Assembly: GCA_000002445.1 (NCBI GenBank) | Contig: CH464491.1 | Coordinates: forward strand, 2,560,001-2,624,000 | DNA from: Trypanosoma brucei | Lineage: Eukaryota | Direction of reading: 5' to 3' | DNA length: 64,000 nucleotides | In this document: positions 1 to 11,300 of the stretch, piece by piece | Numbering within the stretch: position 1 is the stretch's first letter | Layout of the letters: every line of letters begins with the position of its first letter | Program-made: the position numbers and the translations under genes | The notes under the pieces: model-generated | Told to the model about the DNA's origin: nothing | Seen by the model: the letters and a program-made list of their open reading frames with translations, nothing else | Databases searched by the model: none

Positions 1-253
1 AACACGAAGAACAGAAAAAAGGAGGTACGGAACACATGGTGTAGCACAGGTGCCAACAGTACTGAATGCACAGCAGGTTAACCTCAAAAAAATATAACTC
101 ACAAAACACGCACACGGACCGCCACGGATGGTTAAACTGGTCTTAGTCATTTTGTTTTTCATTCATTTATTTCTTTTTTTTTTTTGAGTCTCGGCTCTTT
201 TCTCTTTTATCGGATCCGTTGGTGGCTATGCAACTTAACCGCTCTCTCTTCAT

Positions 254-1282
254 TTATATGCCTTCGGGTGTCCAGAGGGGAATTGCACCGGGTGTTGAGC
301 TGTACTTGTCGTCAAAGCGGTGCAGTTTCACAAGGCCATCAAACGCTCCGCTAGCGAACCCACGACCGTCGGGGAAAAAACAGACGGAGTTGATCGTACC
401 GAAGTGGCACCGCACCTGTCCAAGTTGCTTCTCATGCACCTTATGGTAAAACTTCACCTCGAATGTTGTCTGCCCACCCTGTGTTGTCACATCCTGCGCA
501 TCCATGCCACCACCTATGATAACATGATCGCCGCGTGGCGAAATTGAAGCATCGTTCACCGGTACATCACTGGTATAGGTCTGGACAACGGACAGATCAC
601 GTGAATCTAGCAGGCGAGCCGTCTTGTCCTTCGAAGCGGTGATGAGAGTGTAATAGTTAGAATCGAAGGATATGCGGTTGATCGTCTCCTCATGTGGTTT
701 GTGTGTGCAAACAGTGCTCATTGTCTCCACGTCCAGGATGGCAACTGAGCCGTCGCTCGTCGAGTAATAAATCGTGTCATTTGTGGGACCCCAGATGGCA
801 AAAGTAACGTCATCGTTTTCAGACACAAACTCTGTGCACGGATTAAACACCGTGTTCACCGGGTGTATACTGTAGCCATCCTTGGGAGGTAAGAAAGGCA
901 AATTATACAACTGCACTGCGGACTTCTGGCCCATTTTCCGCGAAGTACTTACCATCAACAGATTGTCGTCGTGGGAAAAACCAACCGCACGGGCTGGAGT
1001 CCGAAGCATAATGTTTGCGAGTTCCTCACCGGTTTCAACGCACCACAACTTTGCCTTGAAGTCCATTCCACCAGTTACAAGGAGGGTAGAATAGTTGTTC
1101 ACATCGCATGCCGAGATAGCGCTGTGTCCATCGTATGTGCCTAATCGCTCCCCAGTCTTTGTATACCAAACACTCACATTTGGCTCTTTTGCCGTTGAAA
1201 ACAGCAGATCCCCCTCTCGGTTGAATTTAATCATTGTTACGGGCTTCATGTGCCCGTGCAGAGCCATGCCTTGAATGTTCAT
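254..1282 (-). CDS. EIF3I: Eukaryotic translation initiation factor 3 subunit i (eIF3i/TRIP-1), a WD40 protein
   Basis: 342-aa ORF. The N-terminus '[45 protein letters not shown]' is nearly collinear with human eIF3i ('[45 protein letters not shown]'). WD repeats run throughout and the length is typical of eIF3i. Confidence 0.9.
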   Translation of the reverse strand: [342 protein letters not shown]

Positions 1283-1703
1283 GGCCCCTGCGTTACGTTT
1301 AATATCGGATTTAACACCTTCTCAACAGATAATGGGCACTAGCGTATATGGGAAGTTGCAGCCTCCCACACGCACTAAATTTTTTTTGCTACCGTCAGTT
1401 CAGACCTTTTTCCTTCCCGCTTACAAGTTGTAACACCACACCTACACCTTCTCTTACACTCCCACTCGTATCACTGTGCTGAAAAAAAAAAAGAAGAGTG
1501 CGGATGGTGGTTTTCCCCACATGAGAGCATCCCATAGGTACTGTTAAACAGCCAAAGAATTGTGGCAAACAAGTACAATTTGGCTCGCGATTTTTTTTTC
1601 TCATTTTCTTCAAATGATATCACCTACACAGATAAAATTTTACAGGAATTCCAACCCCCACCAAATAAAATAGCTCAACAGCAACACCCCCACAAACAGG
1701 TAA

Positions 1704-1749
1704 ATATATATATATACATATGTGTGCACACACACACACATATATATAC
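1704..1749. repeat. Compound (TA)n-(TG)n-(CA)n-(TA)n microsatellite
   Basis: 'atatatatatatacatatgtgtgcacacacacacacatatatatac' lies between eIF3i and the LRR gene. Confidence 0.9.
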
Positions 1750-1767
1750 GGAGAAAAGGGCACCGCC

Positions 1768-4113
1768 TCACCAACCCAAACCCTTAAGAAATCCCTTTAC
1801 CTCACGTAGATAGTCCTGTGTAGTTTGGCATGACGCTTTGCCGGAAGCTCCCATCCCAATATCGCTTTTGGCAGCCGATGTCCCCACCGGTTTCGCCATT
1901 TGGTCGTGAATGCTTTTCATACCGGTGTGAATTAGCTGCACTAACTGGTTCGTAAGGGTTTCTTCGGGATCTTGAAGCTCTCGTTCAGCAGCCAACCGCA
2001 TGTCAAGCCGCCTTTGTTCGCTTCGCTGTTCCTCTAGTACCTCACGTATGCGCTGTGACAACTCCTCCTTAAGACCTTTAAGGCTCTCACGCGTCAATTG
2101 ATGGTTACGTTCCACCAACTCTGCCGTGGAAGTTTCGTGATTCTCCAGTCGCACTACAAGAGCTTCAAGGAACCGCTGTTCCTTTGCCTTCCACTCCCCC
2201 ATTTCCCATCTGTCGCTGTTTAACGGCTCCACCATCTTTTCCTCAAAGACATCCCCGACGCCACTCTCACTGCCCCCATTACTCGTATGCGGTCCCGACT
2301 CGAGTTCATCGGCGTCGTCACGCTGAGGCGACGATTGCAGCGACGCCGTGCCAACCGCAACATCATGTTTCACAGGCGCTAGCGGGGCTGTCTGAAGGCC
2401 ACCTAATGGGTTAAACGGGAGTGTAATGTACAAAGGCACCCCGTACCACTGCTGCTCTTGGCCACCTGGGGACGAAAATAACAGGGGTTGAAAACGAGGA
2501 GCTGGGCCCTGTGGAATCAAATCAGGTATCACTTGATTTTGCGTTTTCTCGCTTGCTGGGGGATGGACGGTGGACGGTGTGCCGCCGGGACAACGCTTGC
2601 AACTGCTGGGTTTCGTTGACATCGCTGCTGAAACATGAGCGGTTGAACTACGCGTGTAGACATTGTGCACCGCAAGAGATCGCTCCTTGTCCGGCAGTAT
2701 AGAAGAAAGGGAGCTGCGCCCCGTTTCAGGGGCGCTTCCCTCAATTACTACAGCGGAACTTATTGACATTTGTCTTGTAGTTCTCGACAGGGGAGCCGCT
2801 GCAGCTATCTGCTCTGCTCCCGTCACCACCGTACCAGCCGACAAACTCTGGCCTCGGGACGATGCTTGCGATTTCGGTATTGGTGAAGTAGAAATGGTGG
2901 GTCGATCAAACGCCGGCGAAGGTGGCCCTTTAGGAACGAGACGCGTACCACCGTGGGAAGCAGGACTACCAGTTCTACACTGCCGAATGCCAGTTATACG
3001 TGTGAGAAGCAGCTGCTCTGGACAGCTGCAAAGGCAAGCGAAGCCTTCCTCAGCTCCATAAGAGGTATTGGACGTTATTAGATTCTTGGAAAGATCCAAC
3101 GACTCGATACCACTTCCCCCAAGAGTCCCCTGTTGCAGGAACTCCACTAACCCCGCCGTTGTTACAGCATTCCGGCTCATATCAACCACACGTAGTGAAA
3201 TATCATGTGTTATGGCGATGGCAAGTCGCTTCAAGGTTGGGTCCCCCAAACGATTACCTGACAGGTCAAGCGCCTCAAGAGCCCTCGGAACAGGAGCGTT
3301 TACAGTGCGGGAGCCACTATTACCGTTGCGAAATGAAGATAACCACATTGCTTGCTGCTCCCTACTGCGATTCAGGGTTATCAGCGAGTGCAAACCGCGC
3401 GCACTTTCATCTGTAAGACCACATTCGGAAAAATATGCCTCCTTCAAGGCGGGAAACGCGGAAGCCATCGCCGCAGTTGTCAACTGAAGAAAAAGTCTGT
3501 CCGTTAAGGTGGAATGACTTAGCTTAAGGACGCGGAGAGAGCAGCAATGAGGAAGAAGATCGAATAATCGGCTCGTCACTTCCACAATCGCACTGCCGCC
3601 ACTGAGCGGTAGACCGCACAACTCAAGACGCGTAAGGTGCCGAATTGCAGCAATACAGGCCATGCGTACACCATCTAACAGACCCCGCAGCAGATGACGA
3701 TTTACCGGAGACATTATATCGTCCTCAGTACGCCGCCGGGCGGCAAGTGTCTCGTACGGCAGCAGCCTTTTTGACTGCTGAGGTGGATGGTGTTCTCCCT
3801 TATTTACACCGTATCGCAACACCAACGCGTGAAGCCGCAATCCCCCTTTCCGGGGGCGGCTGCGCAACAACGTTACAGCAAGGAGACGAATGGCCATAAC
3901 TGGGGCAAAGTCGATATCAGCAACAATTTCACTATTTCCCGCATGCTCAATAAAGGCATAGTACGGTTCCACGCGACGCTGAGAGCACTGCTCCAGGTAT
4001 TCGCGCACAACAGACAGCATTACCTTGCAATGCCCTAAGTAAACAAAGGATGCAAACGACATTGAAATATTTAAAGAAAAACAGGTGAAAAGCCAGCCAT
4101 CGGGGAGGTACAC
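1768..4113 (-). CDS. Hypothetical protein with RNI-type leucine-rich repeats in the N-terminal half, an S/T/P-rich linker and a C-terminal coiled coil
   Basis: 781-aa uninterrupted ORF. It has LRR-like repeats ('LDLSGNRLGDPTLKRLAIAI...VDMSRNAVTTAGLVEFL...LDLSKNLIT'), a low-complexity Ser/Thr/Pro region, and a heptad-like charged C-terminus ('LEALVVRLENHETSTAELVERNHQLTRESLKGLKEELSQRIREVLEEQRSEQRRL'). Upstream on the sense strand is pyrimidine-rich. The exact start is uncertain (alternative Met at residues 18 and 32). Confidence 0.6.
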   Translation of the reverse strand: MYLPDGWLFTCFSLNISMSFASFVYLGHCKVMLSVVREYLEQCSQRRVEPYYAFIEHAGNSEIVADIDFAPVMAIRLLAVTLLRSRPRKGGLRLHALVLRYGVNKGEHHPPQQSKRLLPYETLAARRRTEDDIMSPVNRHLLRGLLDGVRMACIAAIRHLTRLELCGLPLSGGSAIVEVTSRLFDLLPHCCSLRVLKLSHSTLTDRLFLQLTTAAMASAFPALKEAYFSECGLTDESARGLHSLITLNRSREQQAMWLSSFRNGNSGSRTVNAPVPRALEALDLSGNRLGDPTLKRLAIAITHDISLRVVDMSRNAVTTAGLVEFLQQGTLGGSGIESLDLSKNLITSNTSYGAEEGFACLCSCPEQLLLTRITGIRQCRTGSPASHGGTRLVPKGPPSPAFDRPTISTSPIPKSQASSRGQSLSAGTVVTGAEQIAAAAPLSRTTRQMSISSAVVIEGSAPETGRSSLSSILPDKERSLAVHNVYTRSSTAHVSAAMSTKPSSCKRCPGGTPSTVHPPASEKTQNQVIPDLIPQGPAPRFQPLLFSSPGGQEQQWYGVPLYITLPFNPLGGLQTAPLAPVKHDVAVGTASLQSSPQRDDADELESGPHTSNGGSESGVGDVFEEKMVEPLNSDRWEMGEWKAKEQRFLEALVVRLENHETSTAELVERNHQLTRESLKGLKEELSQRIREVLEEQRSEQRRLDMRLAAERELQDPEETLTNQLVQLIHTGMKSIHDQMAKPVGTSAAKSDIGMGASGKASCQTTQDYLREVKGFLKGLGW

Positions 4114-5486
4114 TATTTCCCGTATCAGTGAATGAGGTGTTAAACGAACGATAAAAGAGTGCGACAGACAGAAAACGATAGCGGAATAGCACTACTAATA
4201 ACAGCGGGAAGTGGGAACGGGAACACGGCAACCAAACACCTTTAACGCAATGATGCCAGGGTATAACACACACATGGAGACACGCACCAACACAGCTGTG
4301 AGTATTTTCTGCATGGCACAGAGCGGACGCAACGGTGGTAAGCACTAAATTAAAAAATTACGAATTCTCGTGGCCTTTCCATCATGAAAGGAGAGAGCAG
4401 AACCCCAGTCATGTTCCTTTTTTTAACCACTCAAGCAAAGGTAAAAGATAAAGAAAAAAGAGGAACGAATGGAGAAAATGGAACCCTGTCACAAGCACCA
4501 CCAGACAACCCAAATCTTGCGAATTCTTACATCACGACAAACGATAAATATTCATAATTGCCGTGTCTGATAGAGCCGCTACCAACAGCACCGGTACCTT
4601 TGTGTTGCGGCCAATTGCTACTGTGACTTTCCTAGTACTTGATTGGAGACACGCCACTCCTTTGGCAAGAAACAAAAGAAGAAAAGTGTCCCGATATCCG
4701 ACGCAGGCGAAACAAAAGAAAACAGTGTAGGCACACATGTGCTTACGCACGGAAAGGGGGTGAAGGGTTGACGAAAATTTTAAAAAACTGAATGATGCGA
4801 TCACTTGAAGGAAGATGGTACGCTCTTCTCTCACGTCGTCACCGTAGAGAGTAGGAAAAAGGTAGGTGAACAGGCCTACAGGTTGGGTTTGAAATGGCTT
4901 CATGAGAGACCCACATTTCGGCCGTTTCAAAGTTAATCAAACATAGAAGTGAATATTTATACAAGAATAAGCGTGCAACTAGTGGGGGGCAAAAGGAGAG
5001 AATGAAGACGTGTCACGCACTATTGCAAGATAGCAATCCTCACCCTTTCCCCTCCGGTACGGAAGTCCACAGGTGTCAAGGTCGCCTTAACACCTTTGCC
5101 CCCTAACATTTCATTGCACAAGTGAAATGGCGAGTGTACATTATTGTTTCCCTCCTCCATCACATTGCTGTCACCGCGCCCACATTTCTCTTTAGCCTCC
5201 AGAGTTTATTTGAAGCTTCCACTACCACCACTCAATTATTCCCATCCCCAGCCTCCACATCTTTCACTCACGTTGCTCTGGTGGCCACTCCTCCCCGCTT
5301 ATTCTCCATCTGCCATCGACCCCCTACAACGTGCTCTCATACGTAAGAAACACTTGCAAATGACGCACATGGTCCCCTCCGCATACGAGAACCGAAACTA
5401 ACGCACACATATACACGCAACTAATTACATGCGGAAGAAGCAAATGTTTGTGGTTGGTCTGCAGGATATCAGTGCTTATACCACTG

Positions 5487-6173
5487 TCACGACAGTAGTT
5501 CCCTCTCTAGTGCTCGTAGTGCCTCCTCCTCTTCGTCCACAGCTTTGTTTGGATGCTGCGGAAGGGCATTTTGGGGGACACCTGGCATGCTCGGCAACAA
5601 TGCCGCGGGCGCCATTGTCGCTGTTGTGGTTTGCGATATCCCAACATCATTCATCTCTTCCGTCAGCTCAGCCAACAATTCGTCTTCATCCACTACTTGA
5701 GCGTCCAAGGGCTGACGGAGAGCTTCCGATACCGCGTTGACTTTATCCATCTCCTCCAACAGTTCGTCCATAGTATTGTCCACACCATCAGCATCCATCT
5801 TCTTGTTAACCAACTTCAGTTCGTCCTTCGCCCGTTTCTGCGCAGCCAACACCTCCATGTTCATGGTCTGGTTCTGTAACGTGAATATGAGCGTGTCAAG
5901 ATTTTGCTTTTGACAAGCGATTTTTGTGAGTTCATCCTCAGCCATTTTTTTGCGTTTCATGCACTGCAGAGCCATAGATTTGTTTTTCTTTGAGTAAAAC
6001 TCTCTTGCCTTTGCAAGCTCATCCTCCACCTTCTTCGTCAAGACGCCCTCACGCTTTTCCAGAAGCTCAAGCTTCGACTGCAACTCCTCCAAACTAGAAT
6101 TTGGCCTCCCCGGGGACACCCCAGGGCGTGGGGCCTCTTGACTTGACTTAAAACCAAATAACCGGCCAAACAT
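5487..6173 (-). CDS. SNF7: ESCRT-III subunit Snf7/Vps32 (CHMP4 family)
   Basis: Collinear with human CHMP4B. 'MFGRLFGF' matches 'MSVFGKLFG', 'NKSMALQCMKRKKMAEDELTKI' matches 'NKRAALQALKRKKRYEKQLAQI', 'NMEVLAAQKRAKDELK' matches 'NTEVLKNMGYAAKAMK', and both share an acidic 'DEDELLAELTEEM' tail. The ORF track extends 11 codons upstream to 6206. Met12 (MFGRLFG) fits the family N-terminus better. Confidence 0.85.
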   Translation of the reverse strand: MFGRLFGFKSSQEAPRPGVSPGRPNSSLEELQSKLELLEKREGVLTKKVEDELAKAREFYSKKNKSMALQCMKRKKMAEDELTKIACQKQNLDTLIFTLQNQTMNMEVLAAQKRAKDELKLVNKKMDADGVDNTMDELLEEMDKVNAVSEALRQPLDAQVVDEDELLAELTEEMNDVGISQTTTATMAPAALLPSMPGVPQNALPQHPNKAVDEEEEALRALERELLS

Positions 6174-6644
6174 CGGCAAGTTATCACTCACCCGATTGGC
6201 AAACAAGAGCGCACACTAAGCTGTTATCAACTCCACCGAGTTACCGTGTGCGGGTTCAATTGGGATAGAACAGACAAGTAAAGTCATTTGTAAAAGAGAG
6301 AGGGGGGAAACAAGGGTATACAGTGAAACAGTACATGGTGGCGTAGCAGCAGAGTGCTCACGCGCACAATACAAAGTTTTTAAAACGAAAACCAAAACTC
6401 ATCTGGCAAAATCGGTGCGAAGGGTGTAAGTGTGGCCCATTCATGTCTTTGTTAATATTGTGTGACTTCCTACTTTGGAGCAAAGACATTACCTTCTTCA
6501 AGCTGTTGGCGGGGTGTCATTAGGAATAACGTTAACCTTAAAAGTGACAAGTCACTCGCACCAATAATTCTTAAACAACATATTATAAGAAATACACCCG
6601 ATTATCAAACCTCAGCAAGTGACACAACTCTCCACACACACACG

Positions 6645-8576
6645 TCACGTTGCGGCTGCCTGCGCGGGAAACTCTGCCAAAACACTGGCCCATTCACGCG
6701 GACGCAGCGGCCGGCACATCTCCGCGACAATGTCAGCAACTTTTTCCTTTGGGATGCGTACCTGTTGGGCTGAGTCGCGCTCCCGCAGGGTAACACAACC
6801 GTCATTCTCCATGTCACATGTCACACAGAATGGCACACCGAGCTCATCAACACGCGCGTACTTCTTCCCTATTGAGGCACCACTATCATCCGTGCGCGTG
6901 GAGATGCCGTGCAGCAACATACGCTCCTTGATTTCTTCCACAGTTCGTATCAACTCCGGCTTCATAAGCAGTGGAAATACAGCCACCTTCTGAGGGGCGA
7001 TAAGGGGCCGCAGGCCGAACACGGCACGCTTTTCGTTCTTAGCGCTTTCATCTCTACGCACCCAGTAGCTTTGCTCTAACAACGCGTACAGAATGCGTCC
7101 CACACCAAACGATGGCTCAATGACACTGGGGATAAAGCTCCGCCCAGTTACCTTAACGTCCTTGTACTCAAACTGCACCATATTTGAAGTAATGGAGGCC
7201 GTAAAGCCACGGTCCGTCGTAATATCCACACTCCCTCCGCCACTGAGCTTCTTGCTAAGCTCCACGCACACGTCGTCCGGGGCAGTGTTCAGGTATTCCA
7301 TCACATCTCCGGCATTCTTCCCAAAAGCTTTGCCAATGGCACCTTTCTGAAGCTTGCGCTGCAGCTGCCGTTCGGTACGGGGTTCAGCAAATTCCTCTCT
7401 TGCACATAAATCTTTCTTTGTGGCACCACTGTGCTGAGTGAGATCGTAGGCCGAACGGTCCGCAACGCCAACACACTCTACCCAACCATACGATGTTAAC
7501 AACTCCGCATCCCAGCAGTCCTGGGCGTAGTGTGCCATCTCATTGCGAAGGTGTTGTCTGAAACGTACGTATCGCGCGCCCACTGCCTCCAAAAACTGAG
7601 CAGTCCGCGCAATGAAGTACGCCAATGTTTCGTTATCGATGATTTTCTGTGCAACAGCATCACCCACGGTTGTTTGTACCGGTTCTTGGTTTAGCTCTTG
7701 CTGTTTACGTGCCCACATCCAAATCTCAACATCTTTTACCAAGGCAAACTTCTCATGAGTTTTGTCGTTGGGGTTCACAAAGTGCTCAATCTCCGCCAGT
7801 GTAAACTCGCGCACACGGATGAGATTTGCGCGCGGTGCTATTTCGTTTCGGAACGCTGTACCTATGCTGGCGCAAGCGAATGGCATTCTCTGCGCATTTC
7901 CGGTGTCAAGGAGTCGTTTAAAGTTAAGGATTATTCCTTGTGCGAGCTCCGGGCGCATGTACCCGACGCGGTCACCTTCAGGGCCAATGCTCGTGGAGAA
8001 CATCAGATTGAACGGAAAGGGATCACTCAGGGCGTTGCCTTTTGGTGATTTGAGTTGTAGTTCCTTAATTGAAGCACGTATTTCCTCAGTTGACATGGCC
8101 CCTGCACCAATGCGCAGTCTCTCCAGTTGATCCCGCTGCTCCGATGACAGCTGGGAATCACGCAGCTGTGTCTCACAGTATTCCTCGAGGAATTTGTCCG
8201 CGCGGATGCACTCCCCCGTCACCGTGTCACGCACCATCACGTCATTGAAGCGAGTCACATGACCTGAAGTCACAAAAACCTCTTGCGGTGTCAGGCAGGT
8301 GGTATCCACTTCACACATGCTCTCCGCCAGTACAAAATGCTGGCGCCAGTGGGCAAGCAAATTCGCCTTCATGGCACAGAGCGGTGGTCCCATGTCGTAT
8401 AGCCCTGCGGATCCGCCATATGGGTCAAAAGCCAAACCAAAGAAGAAACGACGACGGCATGTGTCCTCAAACTCCGAACGCACTAGACTCTCAAGCTTGG
8501 AGGGCAGCCCGGTGCTCATGAGGTAATTGCGCAAACACTTCGACGTTGCAGATAGTGTGTTTTCCCTATTATTCAC
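6645..8576 (-). CDS. GARS: Glycyl-tRNA synthetase, eukaryotic dimeric class II type
   Basis: 643 aa. 'RRRFFFGLAFDPYGGSAGLYDMGPPLCAMKANLLAHWRQHF' matches human GlyRS '[41 protein letters not shown]'. The class II motif 'FRNEIAPRANLIRVREFTLAEIEHFVNP' is present. A C-terminal anticodon-binding region is present. Confidence 0.9.
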   Translation of the reverse strand: MNNRENTLSATSKCLRNYLMSTGLPSKLESLVRSEFEDTCRRRFFFGLAFDPYGGSAGLYDMGPPLCAMKANLLAHWRQHFVLAESMCEVDTTCLTPQEVFVTSGHVTRFNDVMVRDTVTGECIRADKFLEEYCETQLRDSQLSSEQRDQLERLRIGAGAMSTEEIRASIKELQLKSPKGNALSDPFPFNLMFSTSIGPEGDRVGYMRPELAQGIILNFKRLLDTGNAQRMPFACASIGTAFRNEIAPRANLIRVREFTLAEIEHFVNPNDKTHEKFALVKDVEIWMWARKQQELNQEPVQTTVGDAVAQKIIDNETLAYFIARTAQFLEAVGARYVRFRQHLRNEMAHYAQDCWDAELLTSYGWVECVGVADRSAYDLTQHSGATKKDLCAREEFAEPRTERQLQRKLQKGAIGKAFGKNAGDVMEYLNTAPDDVCVELSKKLSGGGSVDITTDRGFTASITSNMVQFEYKDVKVTGRSFIPSVIEPSFGVGRILYALLEQSYWVRRDESAKNEKRAVFGLRPLIAPQKVAVFPLLMKPELIRTVEEIKERMLLHGISTRTDDSGASIGKKYARVDELGVPFCVTCDMENDGCVTLRERDSAQQVRIPKEKVADIVAEMCRPLRPREWASVLAEFPAQAAAT

Positions 8577-9580
8577 TTACTTGATGTGAAACAGAGCACC
8601 TTATGCAGCTCTTATAGAATTTAAAAAACTTTTACGCGTGACTGCAGGAGTAGAAGTTCAATTGGGGGAAAAGATTAAAGTGCACATGGCAAACAAAGTG
8701 AAGAACGAAAAACCGGAGAGTGGGACACCGGGCGCAGAAGTGCAATCAAGCAAATGGGAAATGTGAATTGAGCCTTGCACCTCGCAAGACGCTTACTTAT
8801 ATGCACCCATCAACAAACATATAGTTTGAAACTACACCGGCCACCTCCACTTCACCCTATAAACTTCCGTTTCCAGAATCATTTCTTTTTTTTTTTCGAC
8901 TTATCTACAAACGCTCTATGGATACGAACCACACGACACTCACCGATGCCTTTTTGTGAGTTTGCTGGAACTCTCACAAACCTCAATTACCGTGATGTTT
9001 CACCGTTTTCGAAAAATTGGTTAAACTCACCGTCGCGACCTTTTGAAAACAAATTTAAAAAAAAAAGTCAAATCGGAGATGATAACAAATGCAACGCCAC
9101 CGCAATCAGCGGTCTGCCCGTACCCCTCAAGACGGCGTTGCAATTCCACCGTGTTGTGACGCCAGGACATAACCAACAAGCCGTTGCATGAGAAAGGGAA
9201 TGAGCCAAACAAGCAGCATTCACATTGCCGTCTTGTTCACATCATCATCACCGCAATCCCCCTCCCTATTCTTTTCCTCATCGCGCAGGGAAATGTAACA
9301 TAACGTGTACATTCAAAAAAAAAAAAAAAACGTCACAAAAACAGCCCGCATGGGAGGTAAAATCGAGATAACCCCAACAGGATTCACATCTAAGAATCTC
9401 ACATGCGGCATATAAGCTGCATGAAAAGTGATACTTTTCACAAAAGGATGAAATTGGAAAGCAAACAGTTAGCGTGCACCGCCGGCACCGATCGTGTACT
9501 GGGGCTGCTGAGCCACAAAAAAAAAATGAAAATAGAGTTGGCACACGTAGATGGAGATAATGCAAATGAAGGAATCCAAA

Positions 9581-11035
9581 TCAAGAAAAGTTCTTCCTCA
9601 ACTGCCTCACACATTCTAGCACGTTCGCATCGAAGTTGTCCAGTTCTTGCTGCTCTGTAGCAAAACGTTGCATCCTTTCCTCCATTTGATCCTCAAATGA
9701 GACAAAACTACGTAATTTCGACTGTGTACGCCCGACATCTTCAAGCATACGTTGCACATGCGCATCCTCCTCCAGAAACGCCTGCAGCTCCTGAGCCCGC
9801 TCTTTCGAGTGAGATAAATACTCGCCCTTAGCAGCATCCCTTCTCTGTCTCACTCGGGTAAGCGCATCCTCAAGTATCCGCCGTCGTTCAAGGCAGGCAT
9901 GCAGTTCCTTTTCGATGTCTCTCCTCATGGAAGAACCAATTGAGGCCCCAGAATTTCTCGAGGCTTCCCGACATTTTAATTCCTCTAATTTCTGCTCGAT
10001 ATCCCCTTTGCTTTTTCTTACCCATTCGATATTTTCGCGTATCTGAACCAGTCGCCCCTGTTGCTGATGAAGCACGCTATCCAACAGAGACAAACCAGAA
10101 GGCCAAACACCACTCACTCCCTGCAGAATGCTCCTCTCCACACCGCTCAAGCTGTTCGTAACATTACCAGCGGGGCTGGCACTTGTCCCACAATACAAGG
10201 TTAACATTGGGCAATCCGTCAGCACCGTTACTTCACCCACACAACTGAACAGCGCCCGCAAACCAGCAGCAGCCGCCTTCACGGGGGCGCTAAAAGCGAA
10301 GTGAGAACTGCTCTCCCCATTTAAGAGGGCAGCCACAACGGCGTCGGGAAAGACAATAGAAAAATGGCCAAGGGACCCACCACTTGTTGCGTAGATTTCG
10401 CCATCAACGGAACCAGCATTACCCGTAAGTGTACTTCGCCACTGCAGGAGCGGAAGTACCACCCGGTCCCCAGTGTTGTTCCGTAATAGCTCCGATTTTA
10501 TGGAAGAAGAGGTACCGCGGCCGCAGCAGACACAGGAGCCACCGTCCCATTCGTCTCGGCCGTTGACTGAGAGTTTTACGTAGGCTAAGGATGGTTGCAA
10601 CGAGCTTGGTTCAATCGCGATACGCGTAGCTCGGAGCGTCAGGGTGAACAGTCTCTGCATTCCCACACGAAACGACACCTCTCCTTTACTGTTGGAACCA
10701 TGACGCATATGCAGTGTCATTACGGAGTCCTTTGCACATGCCGCCACCAGGTCGTGCATCTGAGCAAGGCACACGCCAATAAGTTCGTTCACGCCACTTC
10801 CACTACGGCCGTAACACTCGAGAACTAATTGCGCCGCTTTCGCTGCAGCAAACCGATGACGGACTGGCCACGATAACACAGAACTGGGCCCTGAGTCAAA
10901 TGTAGTGAAGCAGCAGCGCGAATTTCCGCGGAGAAAGTAGGGAGGTCCATATTGCGCGGTATCGACATAACGGGCTGCGAACCCCCATGCATACACTAAG
11001 AAACAATCCTCAGGAGTGTCTGTACCTGAGGGCAT
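9581..11035 (-). CDS. Hypothetical protein with a C-terminal coiled coil
   Basis: Long ORF with a Cys-rich middle and a charged heptad C-terminus ('RENIEWVRKSKGDIEQKLEELKCREASRN...'). The track ORF (to 11170) begins 'MLLFFPHFPLSFGLL...', which is the translation of the upstream polypyrimidine tract (plus strand 11040-11170 is purine-rich). I therefore place the start at the internal Met (MPSGTDT..., codon at 11033-11035). Confidence 0.5.
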   Translation of the reverse strand: MPSGTDTPEDCFLVYAWGFAARYVDTAQYGPPYFLRGNSRCCFTTFDSGPSSVLSWPVRHRFAAAKAAQLVLECYGRSGSGVNELIGVCLAQMHDLVAACAKDSVMTLHMRHGSNSKGEVSFRVGMQRLFTLTLRATRIAIEPSSLQPSLAYVKLSVNGRDEWDGGSCVCCGRGTSSSIKSELLRNNTGDRVVLPLLQWRSTLTGNAGSVDGEIYATSGGSLGHFSIVFPDAVVAALLNGESSSHFAFSAPVKAAAAGLRALFSCVGEVTVLTDCPMLTLYCGTSASPAGNVTNSLSGVERSILQGVSGVWPSGLSLLDSVLHQQQGRLVQIRENIEWVRKSKGDIEQKLEELKCREASRNSGASIGSSMRRDIEKELHACLERRRILEDALTRVRQRRDAAKGEYLSHSKERAQELQAFLEEDAHVQRMLEDVGRTQSKLRSFVSFEDQMEERMQRFATEQQELDNFDANVLECVRQLRKNFS

Positions 11036-11300
11036 AACCCCCTGCTTTCTGGCGGTGCCACACTGAAGATAGGAGTCCGCAAGGAGAAAGAAATTGAAGG
11101 GAGAGGGTATGAACAGAACGCAACAAAGAAGACCAAAGGAAAGGGGGAAATGGGGGAAAAACAACAACAATGAAGCATACTGGAGCTTTCTTTCTTAAAC
11201 GCGGACACGATGTCGCTTCCCCCGCGCGGTTGCTGCGCTAATTTCCGCTTCGTTCCAGGTATATCGCCCCTACTCGTTTAAAAAATATCTATTGCACACA

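Noticed and set aside
2663-3487. 132-139-aa plus-strand ORFs inside the LRR-protein gene (2663-3061, 3068-3487, 3159-3416)
   Set aside because: They are antisense to an uninterrupted 781-aa ORF with clear LRR periodicity. There is no independent support.
4532-5401. ORFs 4532-4930 (minus), 5122-5346 and 5144-5401 (plus) in the 1.4 kb gap between the LRR protein and Snf7
   Set aside because: These are Pro/Ser/Leu/Thr-rich translations of pyrimidine-rich UTR sequence ('PLPPLNYSHPQPPHLSLTLLWWPLLP'). There is no domain or start context. This is likely the Snf7 3' UTR or LRR 5' region.
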